The notes under the pieces: generated by a model
The model's database searches: none
The model's input: only the letters and a program-made list of their open reading frames with translations
What the model was told of the DNA's origin: nothing
Sequence record: NC_048821.1
Direction: 5' to 3' (one strand)
DNA length: 64,000 nt
Translations under genes and position numbers: made by a program
In this document: positions 30,801 through 41,200 of the stretch, piece after piece
How the letters are laid out: each line of letters begins with the position of its first letter
Numbering within the stretch: the stretch's first letter is position 1

Positions 30801-33800
30801 CACCTAAACCAAACTTCGTCATGTTACTCATACGACCAAGTTTAGAGAAGCGACCAAATCTACCTCGCTTACCACGTTTACCTCGGCGACCGTCGCCGTC
30901 GGCACCACCGATACCATCAACGACAGCATCTTTAGTCCTACGCCCCAATAACGCACTGCTTAACAACTTACCTAAACTGAACAAACCTTTAGTGATCGTC
31001 CCGTTAAGTTTCATTAAGTTGGTGAACCCACCAATGCCAAGAGAAAGGAATTTCTTCATCAAAGCAAAGAGGCCACCACCAGCCATTCCGAGCAGTTTAC
31101 CTAAAATACCACCGTCTTGTTTCTTCTTACCGTCTTTATCATCCGGGTTAAGACTTTCGGCAATATCAATGACAGAGTCTTGGAACTGAGCTTGCTTGGC
31201 TTCTTTCTTACGACGGATTTTGTCAGCAAGAGAGTTCAAACGAATACCTTCAGTTGGTTTCTCGTCTTCATGTTCCCCCGTTCCTAAATCGTCAATGAAA
31301 GACTTCACTTTAGGACTGACTTTCTCCATCCCCGGCATCTTGGTATCAAGACCCCAATGACCAGCAATGAGACCGTAGATAGAATCAAGTCGATGAGTAA
31401 TAGGTTCATAACGATCACCGCCGATGTTACCCGCACGTTCGATGACGTGTTCGGAACCTAGGATAGCTGAACCTAGACGCTCCCTACCGTTTTCTTGTAA
31501 CCACTTAGCACCCTTACTCACCATTTTACCGAACGTACCAGTTGCACTTCTGGCTTTACCCAGTGACACACCACCGATGGTTTGAAGGTCGTTAAGGTCC
31601 TCAACAGAAACCAGTAAGTTTCCTTCCTGATCATAAACAGGACCTAAGATGTCACGCCATCCTAGGATCTCATTACCTTCCTCATCAAAGTACCAGCCGT
31701 TCTTGAATCCTCGACTTGTAAGTACAGGGTCTGGGTCACCTTTACGGTAAACATCCATTTGATCCAATCCGGTCTTGGCTTTATCAATTAATGACTTGGC
31801 CTTTCCTACTGGGTCGATTGCTTGGAACGTCTTACTGACAAATGATTTGAAACGATGTAAACCGTCTAGGATGATCTCTCTACCGTCAGGACCGAATAAT
31901 CGACCTGCCAGTCGTTTCCCACTGGCTGCGATCTCTGAAGCCCCTTGGGAGACGTCTATAACGGTACCTTTGATATCGGCCCAAGACTTGATCACTTTAC
32001 GAGACGCTTGGTCGTAATAATCACCCGCGTTTTTCTTAGCAGCGTATAGGACTTCGTTTCCGTCTTCGTCGTAAAGGTCTTCATCTTCAGCAGGGCTTGA
32101 CCCGGCATTACCTAACTTACTTAATTGACCATAAGCGGTTGCTACCGCCGCACCACCTGCTAACAGAGCTGCCGCTTTAGGGTTACTCATGGCTGTGACG
32201 CCAAGTCCACCTAACAGACCACCCAGTACCATCGGTTTATTGGCGATCAAAGCTTCCACGCCTTGGTTAAACAAGTCCGCTGGAACTACGGAACGTAAAC
32301 GTTCTAATAACGATTGTTTTTCTCGTTCTTCGACACGTTGCTGGTCAGTGATTTCCTTGGATGGTTGGTCTTCATCAATCCCCACCGTAGAAACGGATTT
32401 CAATTTCTTCAATAAAGAGATCTGTTCCATTTGGTACTGACTGATTTCAGCCAAGGTGGAGTTAGTCCCCTTTACCAAGTCTAACAACGGATCCATAACT
32501 AGCGCTTTTGTAGGATCTGCGTTTACCCCGATGGCGGGTAATGTTTTGGTGTTGTTTTGAATTTTAACTAAGGTGTCGATGATATTGCTGAGAGCACCAC
32601 TAACTTCTTCCTGCAAAGGGAGGGGGGAAGGAATAGATAAGTTAGATAGATTAGGAGATGACTTATTATTTCTTTTATGAAATATCTGATATAGATCATC
32701 TTTAGTAGGATAAGGTTCATCACTACCAATGGATAAGTCTTCGTTAATAGGGTTGCCGTTAATACGGTTGTTGAGTTGTTTCCAAATCAATTCCTGATTA
32801 ACGATCTCTTTATTAGAATCAGGATCAACACTAATAAACCCAGACGCCTTTAATCCCTCATCTAAACCAAGGCTACGAACCAAATCTATTTTGTCAGCAA
32901 TATTTGGTGTGTAGTTCTTTAATGAATCGGTACGAAGCGATAAACGATGCAATAGCTCTTGCCCTTCTGGGGTAGGGGCTGTTAAACGAGCCATAAGTCC
33001 GTCTAATGTGCTATCTTGAGTGCGTTCGATCATTTCATCAGTGATACTAAAACGACGTCTTACAAGTGCTTCTATCTCAGCAGCTTGTTCCTCGTTCATG
33101 TATTCGTCCGTTCCAATACCGATGTAATCGTAAGGGTTGAAGACGTTCCCCTTATCAGCTTCTCTTGCAAGTCGTTGTGCTAACGCATTACTTGCACTCT
33201 CGCTCAGTTCATTGTCCTTATCGATATCCCCCGCTATCGACTTAGCTGCATCCGCGTAAGTATTCAATTCCCATTCGGGGGTGATCATACGCTGAATCTG
33301 TTGATTTAAACGATCTGTAGTAGTGACCCTTGAGGTACGGTAATCGTAACGCAGTCTAGGAACATCATCTGACCCTGTGCGAATTTTCTCGATAGAGTGA
33401 TGGATTTCACTAAGCAGTGCAGGGATTTCTTCAGTCAAACTACGGGAGTCATGAACCGACCACACCGAGTTGTTCTTAAGGTCTTTAAGAGACTTCTCTT
33501 TAATCTGGTAAACGCTACCTTGGGACTCTTGGTAGTTTTCACCAACTAAGTTGAAGGCACCCCCTGCCGCACCTGTGGCTTTACGAACCGCTTGCCATAA
33601 TAACTTAGGCATTGGTTTAGCATTAGGTGGTAGTTCTTCTAGGTACTCCTCATAAGTCATGTGAGGTTGATCCATCATACCAGTTTCCTGATAATGACGA
33701 CCCATGACCGAACCCATGGCCTTAGTTGAGTACGACAACAAATCACCGAACTGACGGAGTTCCTTTTGAGTTTTGTCAAAAAGCTTAGCTTGATCTGGAT

Positions 33801-34902
33801 ACTTAGCACGCACCTTAGCGATCAAGTCACGACCTGCTTTTGTTTCAAAGAACTCTGGACCTCTGTCCACGACGAATTGCCCAAGCATCGAACCAATTAT
33901 CTCACCCGGAGAAACACCAGCGTCAGCGGACATCTCAGAGGCAAAACGTACATCCCCGACTAACTGAGTCATGATCGATAAAGAATCGTTAACACCATCT
34001 TTACTGATGATATTACCTAGGGCTTCACCAAACCCACCCGCTCTCGAGAACGTCGACTTCAAGATGTTGTCACGTAATCGACCTTTACTAGCTTGCAATA
34101 CAGAGGTCTTTTCGAAATCAGACATTGCAGTGTTTTTAACAACGTCTTTGATTTCTTTAATAATGCGGTGCTGAGAAGCTTCCATGAATTTGTAATACTT
34201 AGCATTAGTTAAGTATTGACGAGTCATCAAGTTTAACTTCATCGCTTCACGTTGACCATGGACCTTCATTTGGTATTGGTACAAACGCTGTAGGTTAGCA
34301 TTAACTTCAAACAGTTGTTCGTTGTTCTGTAACCCTGCCGACAATTGCTTAGAGCCAACACTACTCATCACTCGAGTAATAGCATCCGTGGATTCAACGT
34401 TTACTACGGATTGTTGTTCTAATGCTTCTAGCATGCGCTGTTGAGTGTCTTCTTCGACATCCCCCATGCGGAGTTGTTCTTCTCGGAACTCTCCGGTCTT
34501 TTCCCAATCACTAAAGTCTTTTTTACTGAACTCTTCGAGTCCGTCGACGATTTTATTGGGTAGACGATCGCGCAATGACTCGCTTAAAGAACCTGAAAGA
34601 AAAGCCAGATCTCCCATGAGGTCGACACTATTTTCTTTAAACTCTTTAAATGCTTCTTGTTTCTTACGATCCAGTTCGCGGTAGAAGTCAAAGGTTGTAC
34701 CAAACGAACTAGGAAGGATACGTCTTAATGTTTTAATTTTTGTGTCGGTATCACCGACAGTATTAGATTTTAGGGCAGAGAGAAATCCTTTGGAGACAGA
34801 CTTTAAGAACCCTTGATCTTTATTCCCGTCAAAATCAAAGTCAAAATCCATATCTCCATCAAGGAAATCATCTCCCCAATCATAATCTGATTCACTTGCC
34901 AT
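27832..34902 (-). CDS. Tape-measure-like tail protein with C-terminal GH19 lysozyme domain (phiKZ gp181 position)
   Basis: 2356 aa, hydrophobic Gly/Ala segments; ETGG..ENMRY..GWLYRGRGLVQLTGKDNY GH19 signature. Confidence 0.8.
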   Translation of the reverse strand: MASESDYDWGDDFLDGDMDFDFDFDGNKDQGFLKSVSKGFLSALKSNTVGDTDTKIKTLRRILPSSFGTTFDFYRELDRKKQEAFKEFKENSVDLMGDLAFLSGSLSESLRDRLPNKIVDGLEEFSKKDFSDWEKTGEFREEQLRMGDVEEDTQQRMLEALEQQSVVNVESTDAITRVMSSVGSKQLSAGLQNNEQLFEVNANLQRLYQYQMKVHGQREAMKLNLMTRQYLTNAKYYKFMEASQHRIIKEIKDVVKNTAMSDFEKTSVLQASKGRLRDNILKSTFSRAGGFGEALGNIISKDGVNDSLSIMTQLVGDVRFASEMSADAGVSPGEIIGSMLGQFVVDRGPEFFETKAGRDLIAKVRAKYPDQAKLFDKTQKELRQFGDLLSYSTKAMGSVMGRHYQETGMMDQPHMTYEEYLEELPPNAKPMPKLLWQAVRKATGAAGGAFNLVGENYQESQGSVYQIKEKSLKDLKNNSVWSVHDSRSLTEEIPALLSEIHHSIEKIRTGSDDVPRLRYDYRTSRVTTTDRLNQQIQRMITPEWELNTYADAAKSIAGDIDKDNELSESASNALAQRLAREADKGNVFNPYDYIGIGTDEYMNEEQAAEIEALVRRRFSITDEMIERTQDSTLDGLMARLTAPTPEGQELLHRLSLRTDSLKNYTPNIADKIDLVRSLGLDEGLKASGFISVDPDSNKEIVNQELIWKQLNNRINGNPINEDLSIGSDEPYPTKDDLYQIFHKRNNKSSPNLSNLSIPSPLPLQEEVSGALSNIIDTLVKIQNNTKTLPAIGVNADPTKALVMDPLLDLVKGTNSTLAEISQYQMEQISLLKKLKSVSTVGIDEDQPSKEITDQQRVEEREKQSLLERLRSVVPADLFNQGVEALIANKPMVLGGLLGGLGVTAMSNPKAAALLAGGAAVATAYGQLSKLGNAGSSPAEDEDLYDEDGNEVLYAAKKNAGDYYDQASRKVIKSWADIKGTVIDVSQGASEIAASGKRLAGRLFGPDGREIILDGLHRFKSFVSKTFQAIDPVGKAKSLIDKAKTGLDQMDVYRKGDPDPVLTSRGFKNGWYFDEEGNEILGWRDILGPVYDQEGNLLVSVEDLNDLQTIGGVSLGKARSATGTFGKMVSKGAKWLQENGRERLGSAILGSEHVIERAGNIGGDRYEPITHRLDSIYGLIAGHWGLDTKMPGMEKVSPKVKSFIDDLGTGEHEDEKPTEGIRLNSLADKIRRKKEAKQAQFQDSVIDIAESLNPDDKDGKKKQDGGILGKLLGMAGGGLFALMKKFLSLGIGGFTNLMKLNGTITKGLFSLGKLLSSALLGRRTKDAVVDGIGGADGDGRRGKRGKRGRFGRFSKLGRMSNMTKFGLGGALMLGGDMAIDAARDGFDVEQGSTADKLLDYGSVGLEAAGWLATGSAVAGMAGTSLGGIAAAAAPFLLNPITLGVAGVGLAGYAAYKFFSSDDLTIQQKLRMAQYGIDDQDEELINDVLRLETQLQDYVQLSGSNAGFSRETPLERFITPFLNNRKTQQGQQDTLQWFSLRFKPVYLSYYAQFQKLDINKFEDYDKLKNNTVPLIAKQTHDEAGMMNPSPYRIQLWISRDTYALSAEETKAQVARYLNEMKEEYDTTNLNSKKLSEDLTIDTVNSKIKKVEKAGMLESAWMRLTGDHNDEEKQKKLDTWFKQPEVIKGIDISDMLPGDKPVEIITAFRLAAYGNEDNMPWRVEAVLKLERWMERYTSYSNGRSEFTGTVEEFWATFSAAFRVTSRKGRELAIRWFQYRFLPVWLAWHQVCRNQRGGDPSKVWRTLSATAQFRFAQQVVELKVFVDERVKGLFSVDEAPFEGERSEGMSTRVKRMLQALEVKANQARLKDPDLEQSRTVKAPDRTDQSVYRLPDNLNINKPKNAPDISEQFGRKQPSPVPEMTSDLSKVKVDVNRDIETDVKLKPGDDKGVSLNKDQITKVLIREMVKKGYDDPRQIAEMLALTDYETGGYRNTAENMRYTNAARARNIFRKLKQFNIPQIQEIIRQGPVAFANAVYNGWLGNTDSPNDGWLYRGRGLVQLTGKDNYERAASDLGIDIVNNPRMVSEDPETMAKTAIWFFENSPQMQSIKEHGDFSFAARGLNGGKALPGMGKRERLYNDYLNNLLNGELTKDLAPSEEENTPYDSAPGMSETEKHINDYVDNHMTKSEMEDRVGQRIAEKSKQYKNGVLVDNKFTRGNALASALPKDSLAKEERALTATKPSATPSLEDNTAAATSAVKQSRNPSVFNDKSIPDLSNVPTPTKPKVDEYNIAKEAIEAQVRSKVKEVPQEPLKVEAAMKPETEAALTSQTAILQGILNAIQEGNQKANRVRQDSVSLT

Positions 34903-34923
34903 TTTGAAACCTCATGGTGTATT

Positions 34924-36354
34924 ATGAAACCGACTAACGTTTCTTTATTAAACCCAAGCAAGATAGCTTGGTCGCTGATGAGACCCGTGTCCTCAGCGGA
35001 TGTAAACGAGGGTTCTTCTACCAGTCTGCACCCAGACGGGTTGTATTCGGTAGAAACCTTCGGACGAGTTGGTAGTGCGGAACGTGATCGTAAGTTATCT
35101 TACATTGACGTAAAACTACCTATCTTTAACCCTACGTATTTCAAGGCCATGATTACACTCAAATCTTTATACTTGGGTATAATCAAAGGGACGGAATACG
35201 CCGTCTGGGATAGTGAGACTAAAGACTTCATAAAATCCAACTTGTTGGATGGAGAAACCGGTTACAGTTTCTTTATGCGTTACTTCAATGAGTTAGAACC
35301 GAAGTTAACGGAATCTTTCCGACGTAAAAAGAAAATCGAACTATTCCACACCTACCGACCTCAAGCACTTTGTAATAAAGTCATTGTTATTCCGGCAGGT
35401 TTGCGTGACGTGCAGTTTTCCCCAGATGGTCGTACCATTGAACCTGAGATCAACGAATACTACCGTAAGTTGTTGTTCCGAACCAAGGCAGTAGTGGTCG
35501 GTGAAGGGGAAGAAGATTCTCCGGTTTACGATAACTTGCGTTGGGGCGCGCAATCTAACTTCAACGACATCGATACTTATATCCAAGGATTGATGAAAGG
35601 TAAAACCGGTTTCTGGCAGAAGCGGGTTGCAACTCGTGGTGTAGTTGGTGGTACTCGTAACGTTATTTCGGCTCGTCATGTTTCTGTGGAAGACGCGGAT
35701 GCACCGAACAACGTCGACGTCAATACCACGGACATTGGTTTATACCAAGCTATGTTGGAGTTCCAGTACACTTGTCGTTACGGGATGTTAAATGGTTGGG
35801 TTCAGAACGTCTTCACCATTGGTTCTAACTTAGCTAAGCTGGTTAACCCTAAAACCTTTGAATACGAGTATAAGGAAGTCGACACTAAAGTAGTCGATAA
35901 ATGGATGACACCGGAAGGACTCACTCGTCTATTTAACGGATTTAAAGACAGTCACCTACGAGCTAAACCTATCATGATTGAAGGACTCTACATGGGTCTT
36001 ATTTACGATGATGGTGAAACAGTTAAAATCGTTGGTGATAAGTCTGAGATTGGTGATCGTGACGTCAAGCACTTGCGTCCTCTGACTTACATGGAGTTGT
36101 TCTACATTAGCTGTGGTAACTTGATTGAATCCAGAATGAGTCAAATCACACGTTACCCTATTACTGGTGTGGGTTCCATATACCCGTCTAAAATCAACCT
36201 CCGCACTACGATTCAGTCCAAACCTCGTATTCTCCTAGATGAATTCTGGGAAGAAGACAAACGTCTAAACAACTACCCTATTTTAACAGGTCGACCGAGT
36301 TACTTTGATGCCATGTCAGTTGACGGTTCTAGACTAGAACGTCTGGGTGGTGAC
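34924..36354 (+). CDS. Virion RNA polymerase beta' N-terminal subunit, exon 1 (phiKZ gp180-like)
   Basis: HPDGLYSVETFGRVG, VIVIPAGLRD, GTRNVIS, RYPITG; ends RLERLGGD at the first Asp of the catalytic motif, then TAA. Confidence 0.85.
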
Positions 36355-36383
36355 TAAGGAATTAGTGTCAAGTCCTTACCTAA

Positions 36384-36414
36384 CTTATTTTATAACAAAC
36401 GTTAAAATAAGGAG
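36384..36414 (+). promoter_or_regulatory. Hairpin overlapping the endonuclease Shine-Dalgarno
   Basis: CTTATTTT(AT)AAC-AAAC-GTTAAAATAAG stem covers the start of AAGGAG (36409-36414). Confidence 0.55.
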
Positions 36415-36420
36415 CTGGTA

Positions 36421-37671
36421 ATGGAAGTGAATTTTAAATTTAATGCGCGTGAATATACTTTAAAAGATGATTTGAATTTATATCGTGAAAATAAAGAAGT
36501 GGTTTTATTTGAAGACCTTTCCGAAGGAACCTTTTTCATTGAATCAGGTGTGAAGGTGTTTTTAGGTAAAGCAATCATGGAATATTGGAATAGGTGTTAT
36601 TTACCTAGAGAGTACTGGGATAAGATGAAAGTTGTCTTTAAAGACAAAGATAAACTGAACTTTACCCCCACTAACCTTTTTCCGTACTATAAAGAAAAAA
36701 TAGAACACCCAAGTATAAAGGGTTTTTACTTTATCCCTGGGGAAGAGTTAAATGTCATTAACTCTAAAGGTGAAGTTTACCAGCTTAAGAAAGATCGGTA
36801 CCGTTTACCCTATCTTGGTAAGGAAGGTGAAGATAATTCTAATTTTTACCCTTTTACGAGATGTGATGTTGTTAATAAAGATAATAGGTTATTGACACAC
36901 CGTTTAATAGGGTTGACATTCTGCGACCCACCTGAAGATTACCCAAACATGCACGTCGATCACAAAAATGGTGACAAACAAGATTTCTCCCAACTTAACC
37001 TGCAATGGTTGACCCCATATGAGAATATGATGAAAGGTGCGTATAAGGATGGAAATAATAAACAGGTTATTTCTGTTGATGTTTATGATAAGTTAACAAA
37101 AAACTCATCTTCTTATCCGAGTCTTTCTAACTTTGCAAACGTGTTAGGAGTAAATCCCACTTGTGTAATAAACGCTTTCAATACCCCTAATAAGACTTAT
37201 AAAGGGAGGTACGTTATCAAGGCGACTTCCGATAACACAACCTTTGAAGAATTGTTAGATTTAAAGAAAGTTAAGTACACTAACTTTGAAAGCATGAATT
37301 TAAAAACCGGTGAAGTTTTTAAATGGCGAAACGTCGACGAGTTTATAAAAAATAACGGTGGGGGGAGAGGAACGATACGAAAGGTTTTGGAGAACAAGAC
37401 TTCCGGAATTGTGCAGTGGCATATCTTTAGAAAACCGGGTGACTCATGGAACACACCTACCGACTACGACAAAGAAATTTATCGTAGGGGGTTGCAACCC
37501 ACGACAAAGGTCTATGAAATACAGGACCTTGCAAAAAATAAAACCCACATCTGTTATGGTAAAAAAGAATTAATCCAAATCATCCCTGATATAAATTCTA
37601 GAACTATTACCTTCGTAGTTCGAGAAAAGAGAAAGTATAAACAACGTTATTTAATTAAAACCTTGAACTAA
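36421..37671 (+). CDS. Intron-encoded HNH homing endonuclease with C-terminal NUMOD1-like repeats
   Basis: THRLIGLTF...VDHKNGDK...NLQWLTPYEN; three repeated VYD/MNL/IQD..T..Y/W modules; visibly AT-rich. Confidence 0.85.
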   Translation: MEVNFKFNAREYTLKDDLNLYRENKEVVLFEDLSEGTFFIESGVKVFLGKAIMEYWNRCYLPREYWDKMKVVFKDKDKLNFTPTNLFPYYKEKIEHPSIKGFYFIPGEELNVINSKGEVYQLKKDRYRLPYLGKEGEDNSNFYPFTRCDVVNKDNRLLTHRLIGLTFCDPPEDYPNMHVDHKNGDKQDFSQLNLQWLTPYENMMKGAYKDGNNKQVISVDVYDKLTKNSSSYPSLSNFANVLGVNPTCVINAFNTPNKTYKGRYVIKATSDNTTFEELLDLKKVKYTNFESMNLKTGEVFKWRNVDEFIKNNGGGRGTIRKVLENKTSGIVQWHIFRKPGDSWNTPTDYDKEIYRRGLQPTTKVYEIQDLAKNKTHICYGKKELIQIIPDINSRTITFVVREKRKYKQRYLIKTLN

Positions 37672-38074
37672 TTCAAGTCCCATTAGGCACGAAAGTCCTA
37701 GACCGTTTTCTCTTGAATTGCTGGGATGTCCACAAAAGCTTACAACCAAAGGGTGGCCTGAAAGGGCTCACACAACGACCTGAGGGTGTCGAAAGACAGA
37801 AACAATAGTAAGCCTGCTCTATGCTAACCAATAACGCTAAGGAGTGTATACAAGGGACGATCAGCAGCTACGCTTCCTAAGGGGATAACCTATGGAGCAA
37901 GTTCAACGACTAGGGCCTTGCCAGCCTGTACCTACTAGCAGAGTTTAGTGGGGAAGTGTGAGAATACCTAAGTCCTTATGGATATGGTAAAGATATAGTC
38001 TGTTCCCAGTTTAAGAGACAGGGCGGGTGTCTGAGCACACCGGCTACCTAAGCGATTAGGTGGTGGACAATAAG

Positions 38075-38239
38075 CAACTTAACAGTAACGGTATCGAGGC
38101 CGAAGATTCCATCAAACAAGCTTTAAAGCGTATGGGTGAACGTAGTTACTATATCACTGGTACAGGGTCATTTTTATATGAACCTATTGTTGAGCCTCAC
38201 GAATTCTTATTACGCGCTCTAACTAGCGGCTTGGAGTAA
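38075..38239 (+). CDS. Virion RNA polymerase beta' N-terminal subunit, exon 2 (54 aa, not in the ORF track)
   Basis: Open frame QLNSNGIEAEDSIKQALKRMGERSYYITGTGSFLYEPIVEPHEFLLRALTSGLE right after the intron 3' G; QL aligns with QM after NADFDGD. Confidence 0.75.
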   Translation, partial: QLNSNGIEAEDSIKQALKRMGERSYYITGTGSFLYEPIVEPHEFLLRALTSGLE

Positions 38240-38241
38240 AC

Positions 38242-41200
38242 ATGCAAGACCAACAACCTTTTTACTTAGGTGAAGAGATCGATGGATTAGAAGCCATGTA
38301 TCCTTTGTTTTTCAAAGAGTACGTACTTCGACGTAAAAATGATTTAACAAATCCAGCGTTCCACTCCTTAAGTGATATTGAACTCCCACGAGATTCAATC
38401 CTTTTTTACTACCCTAAACACACTAATGACTTAGGTCCCAGCAACCACGAACCTCTGATTAATAATTATCCGGATATTGTCAACATCGGGTTTGATAGTC
38501 ATTATGTGATTGAATCAGGTAAGGCGCGTCCGGCACCACTGGATGAGCGTAAACAAATCCAGAAATATCGTAACGGACACTATCGTTACAAATACGCACG
38601 CAACATTAAAACTCCTATGGGGCGTTCTAAGGAACTCGTGGTTATTAACAACGCTTTGGGTGTGTTAAAGTGGAACTACGTCCCTAACCGCTTCCTGGCC
38701 TTTGATAAAAGCTATAACCAGTTAGCGAGTCTGCTGGACGTAGTTAACCAAAATGCGGAAGGTAATAAACGACAACTATTCTTCCGAATGGAGTTACCTA
38801 ACCAAGTTCCTATCTTTACTAAGTTTACTGAGTACTTCCGACATTACGAGAAATGCTTCGAACTTAATAAAGAAGGAGAATTAGAGTTCACTGGTCCTAA
38901 CGACCAAGCTATTCGAGATTTAAAACGCACAGGGGCTTTCTGGTTGTTAGACTGGTTTGCTTGGCTGAGTGGTAAATACGAATACTCTTTGTTCAACCGT
39001 CTTAGTGATGACGCGTTGGAGCGTCTCAATATCGTGTTCACTAAACACGGTAAAGCGGTTATCCTGAAGCCTGGCTTATTACGTTCTTGGTTAGATGAAT
39101 TAAACAAGACCGTAAAGGTTGACGGAGAAGAACAAATCGATTACAATACCTCTCAGCGACAAAACGCTGTGAAACGTACTTTAGCAGTGTTCATGAGGAT
39201 GATCGCTCAAGCTAACGTAGAGGAGGTAGAACAACATGACGATGACACAACGTCTAAAGAGGCTAATACAAAAGAAAACGGGGATGGACCGATCGGGTCA
39301 CATGAATCCGAAGAAGAAGAACTTGGTGAGGAGATTGCCGACCTGGATTCTGCTGATGATTCTGATTTGTTCAATGATTTTCTCAATGGACGTAAAACTG
39401 ACGTTGATGGACTTCCTGGACAGTCAGGAGAAGAACCAAGCGGAGGTGGTTCAGGATCAGATTCAGAAACAACTGGATCTCAAGAAACTATCGAAAGCTG
39501 GACCGATGAATTAGACGACGCTGAGTTTGTGACTGAGGAGGTTCTTCAGCCAACCAGTCACAGCCGCATGGTGGATGAATCTCCGGAAGCCGGGATCCGA
39601 CGTGCCATTGAACGCAAGGCACGCGATGGTCAGTTAACTAAGTCACAGCAAGACTTCTTCTTACGTCAAGCGGAGCGCTATAAAGATCTCGCCATGCCTA
39701 ATGGTCAGACCTTAGAAGAGTTCATGCGTATTGATGAAGAGATGTTACGTAACTTACCAAGTAAAGTTGCACCAGAGATGGTCGGTGTTCAGGATACCTC
39801 TTATCTTGAATCTACCGTAGCGCACTTGAAGAAAGGTTACGTAGAACATTTCATGATGCGTGATATGGTGAAAGCCATCATCGCTGTACAACAAGCTGGT
39901 ATTTGTGTAACTAACTTTGAACAAGAAACCATACATAATGTCGACGGAACGTATGATGTGTTTAAAGTTCAATTCCACCCAGTTGGAGGTAAACCGGTTA
40001 CTCGTTCGTTCCGTATTGCTCGGGTCGATAAAGACGGTACCTTCACAGTAGACGGTAAAAAACGCACTAAAGCTTTACAGCGTATGGACTTACCTATCCG
40101 TAAGATGGATGACTACCGAGTGGGTCTGAACTCTTACTATGGTCGTAAGTTGATCATTAGTCGTTCTAAGATGGCTGCTGACGACTACGGACTTTGGTTA
40201 TCTAAACAAGTCCGTAAACGTGCACTGAAGGATGACTTTGAGTTATTCGTGGGTAACACTTACAGTAATCAATATGCGCTTCCTCGTACCTTTACCGCAT
40301 TGTCTCGTCGTTTTAAAGGAATTAAAACTAAAGATGTCGAGTTCGTGTTTGACGTCAAAGAGATCGTTAAACGTGATCCTACTTTGGAATCAAAGATGAC
40401 GGCTACTTCAGCAGTCATTGGCTTTAAAGGTAAGACTCCAGTGGTGATTGATGAGTACGGTAACTTGAAAGCTGGTAAGGAGGGCCTAGGTCCTATCGAA
40501 GCTTATTTGGGTATCGATATTCAGAAAGCACCGATGGATACCGCAAACGTAAACATCAACGGCTATCGCTTCCCAATGGGTGTGGTGCTAAGTTACTACT
40601 TTGGTTTCGATGAGTTACTGAAGATCCTTAAGGTCGAACCTAAAGTGATCCCAGGCGGAGTTCGAGTTAAGTTGGAATCCGATGAGTTCGCTTTACGTTG
40701 TGCTGACGAAACGCTGGTATTTAATCGACGTGACCCAATGACTTCATTGGTGTTTGGTGGTATGAGTAAGTTAAATAACTTACATTCCTTTAACCGAGTG
40801 GATATGAACGACCCTGGCATCTGGGTAACGGCTATCGACAACCCTAAGGTAAAACCATCTCACTTCCAAGAGATGACCAACATGTTCGACATGTTCATCG
40901 ACCCTATTACGCGAGATGAACTAAAACGTTTAGGTCACGCTACTAGCTTTGATTATTTGTTGATTGAAGCGACAGAGATGTTGCGTACCGAACAACACGA
41001 ACATGAAGTCGAAATCAAGGAACAACGATTCATCGGTTACGAATCTTTTGCTGGTTCTATCTATCATCAGATGACCTCATCTGCTCGCCAGTACTGGGGT
41101 AAAGCGATGGACGGTCGAGCTACGTTTGACCTCAACCCTGAATCGGTGATGATGGAAGCGTGCCTGAAAGATACGTCTGTTGATATGGTTCAAGAAGTTA

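Larger units (their letters stand above)
36355..38074 (+). mobile_element. Group I intron (IA2-like) carrying an HNH homing endonuclease
   Basis: P AATTGCTGGGA 37716-37726; Q GATCAGCAGC 37859-37868; R GTTCAACGACTA 37901-37912; S AAGATATAGTC 37990-38000; P7 GACTA/TAGTC; P9.0 TGTTC/GGACA; 3' end GGACAATAAG resembles the T4 td end GAACATAATG. The 5' boundary is less certain. Confidence 0.85.

Noticed and set aside
34849-34864. LDGD codons near the start of the tape-measure-like gene as a source of the missing RNAP motif
   Set aside because: Opposite strand, ordinary coding context in an acidic N-terminus, no flanking intron elements
36991-36999. CAACTTAAC inside the HNH gene, identical to the start of exon 2
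   Set aside because: Encodes QLN of the HNH motif; a 9-nt match is plausible by chance
38063-38074. Alternative 3' splice site after G38062 giving D-VDNK-QL, which has the right spacing for DxDGD
   Set aside because: Replaces the Gly and third Asp with Asn-Lys and would place the P9.0 strand (GGACA) in the exon; kept only as an alternative to test
39230-39560. Acidic low-complexity segment in vRNAP beta
   Set aside because: In-frame linker with no intein or intron signatures; total length matches the family
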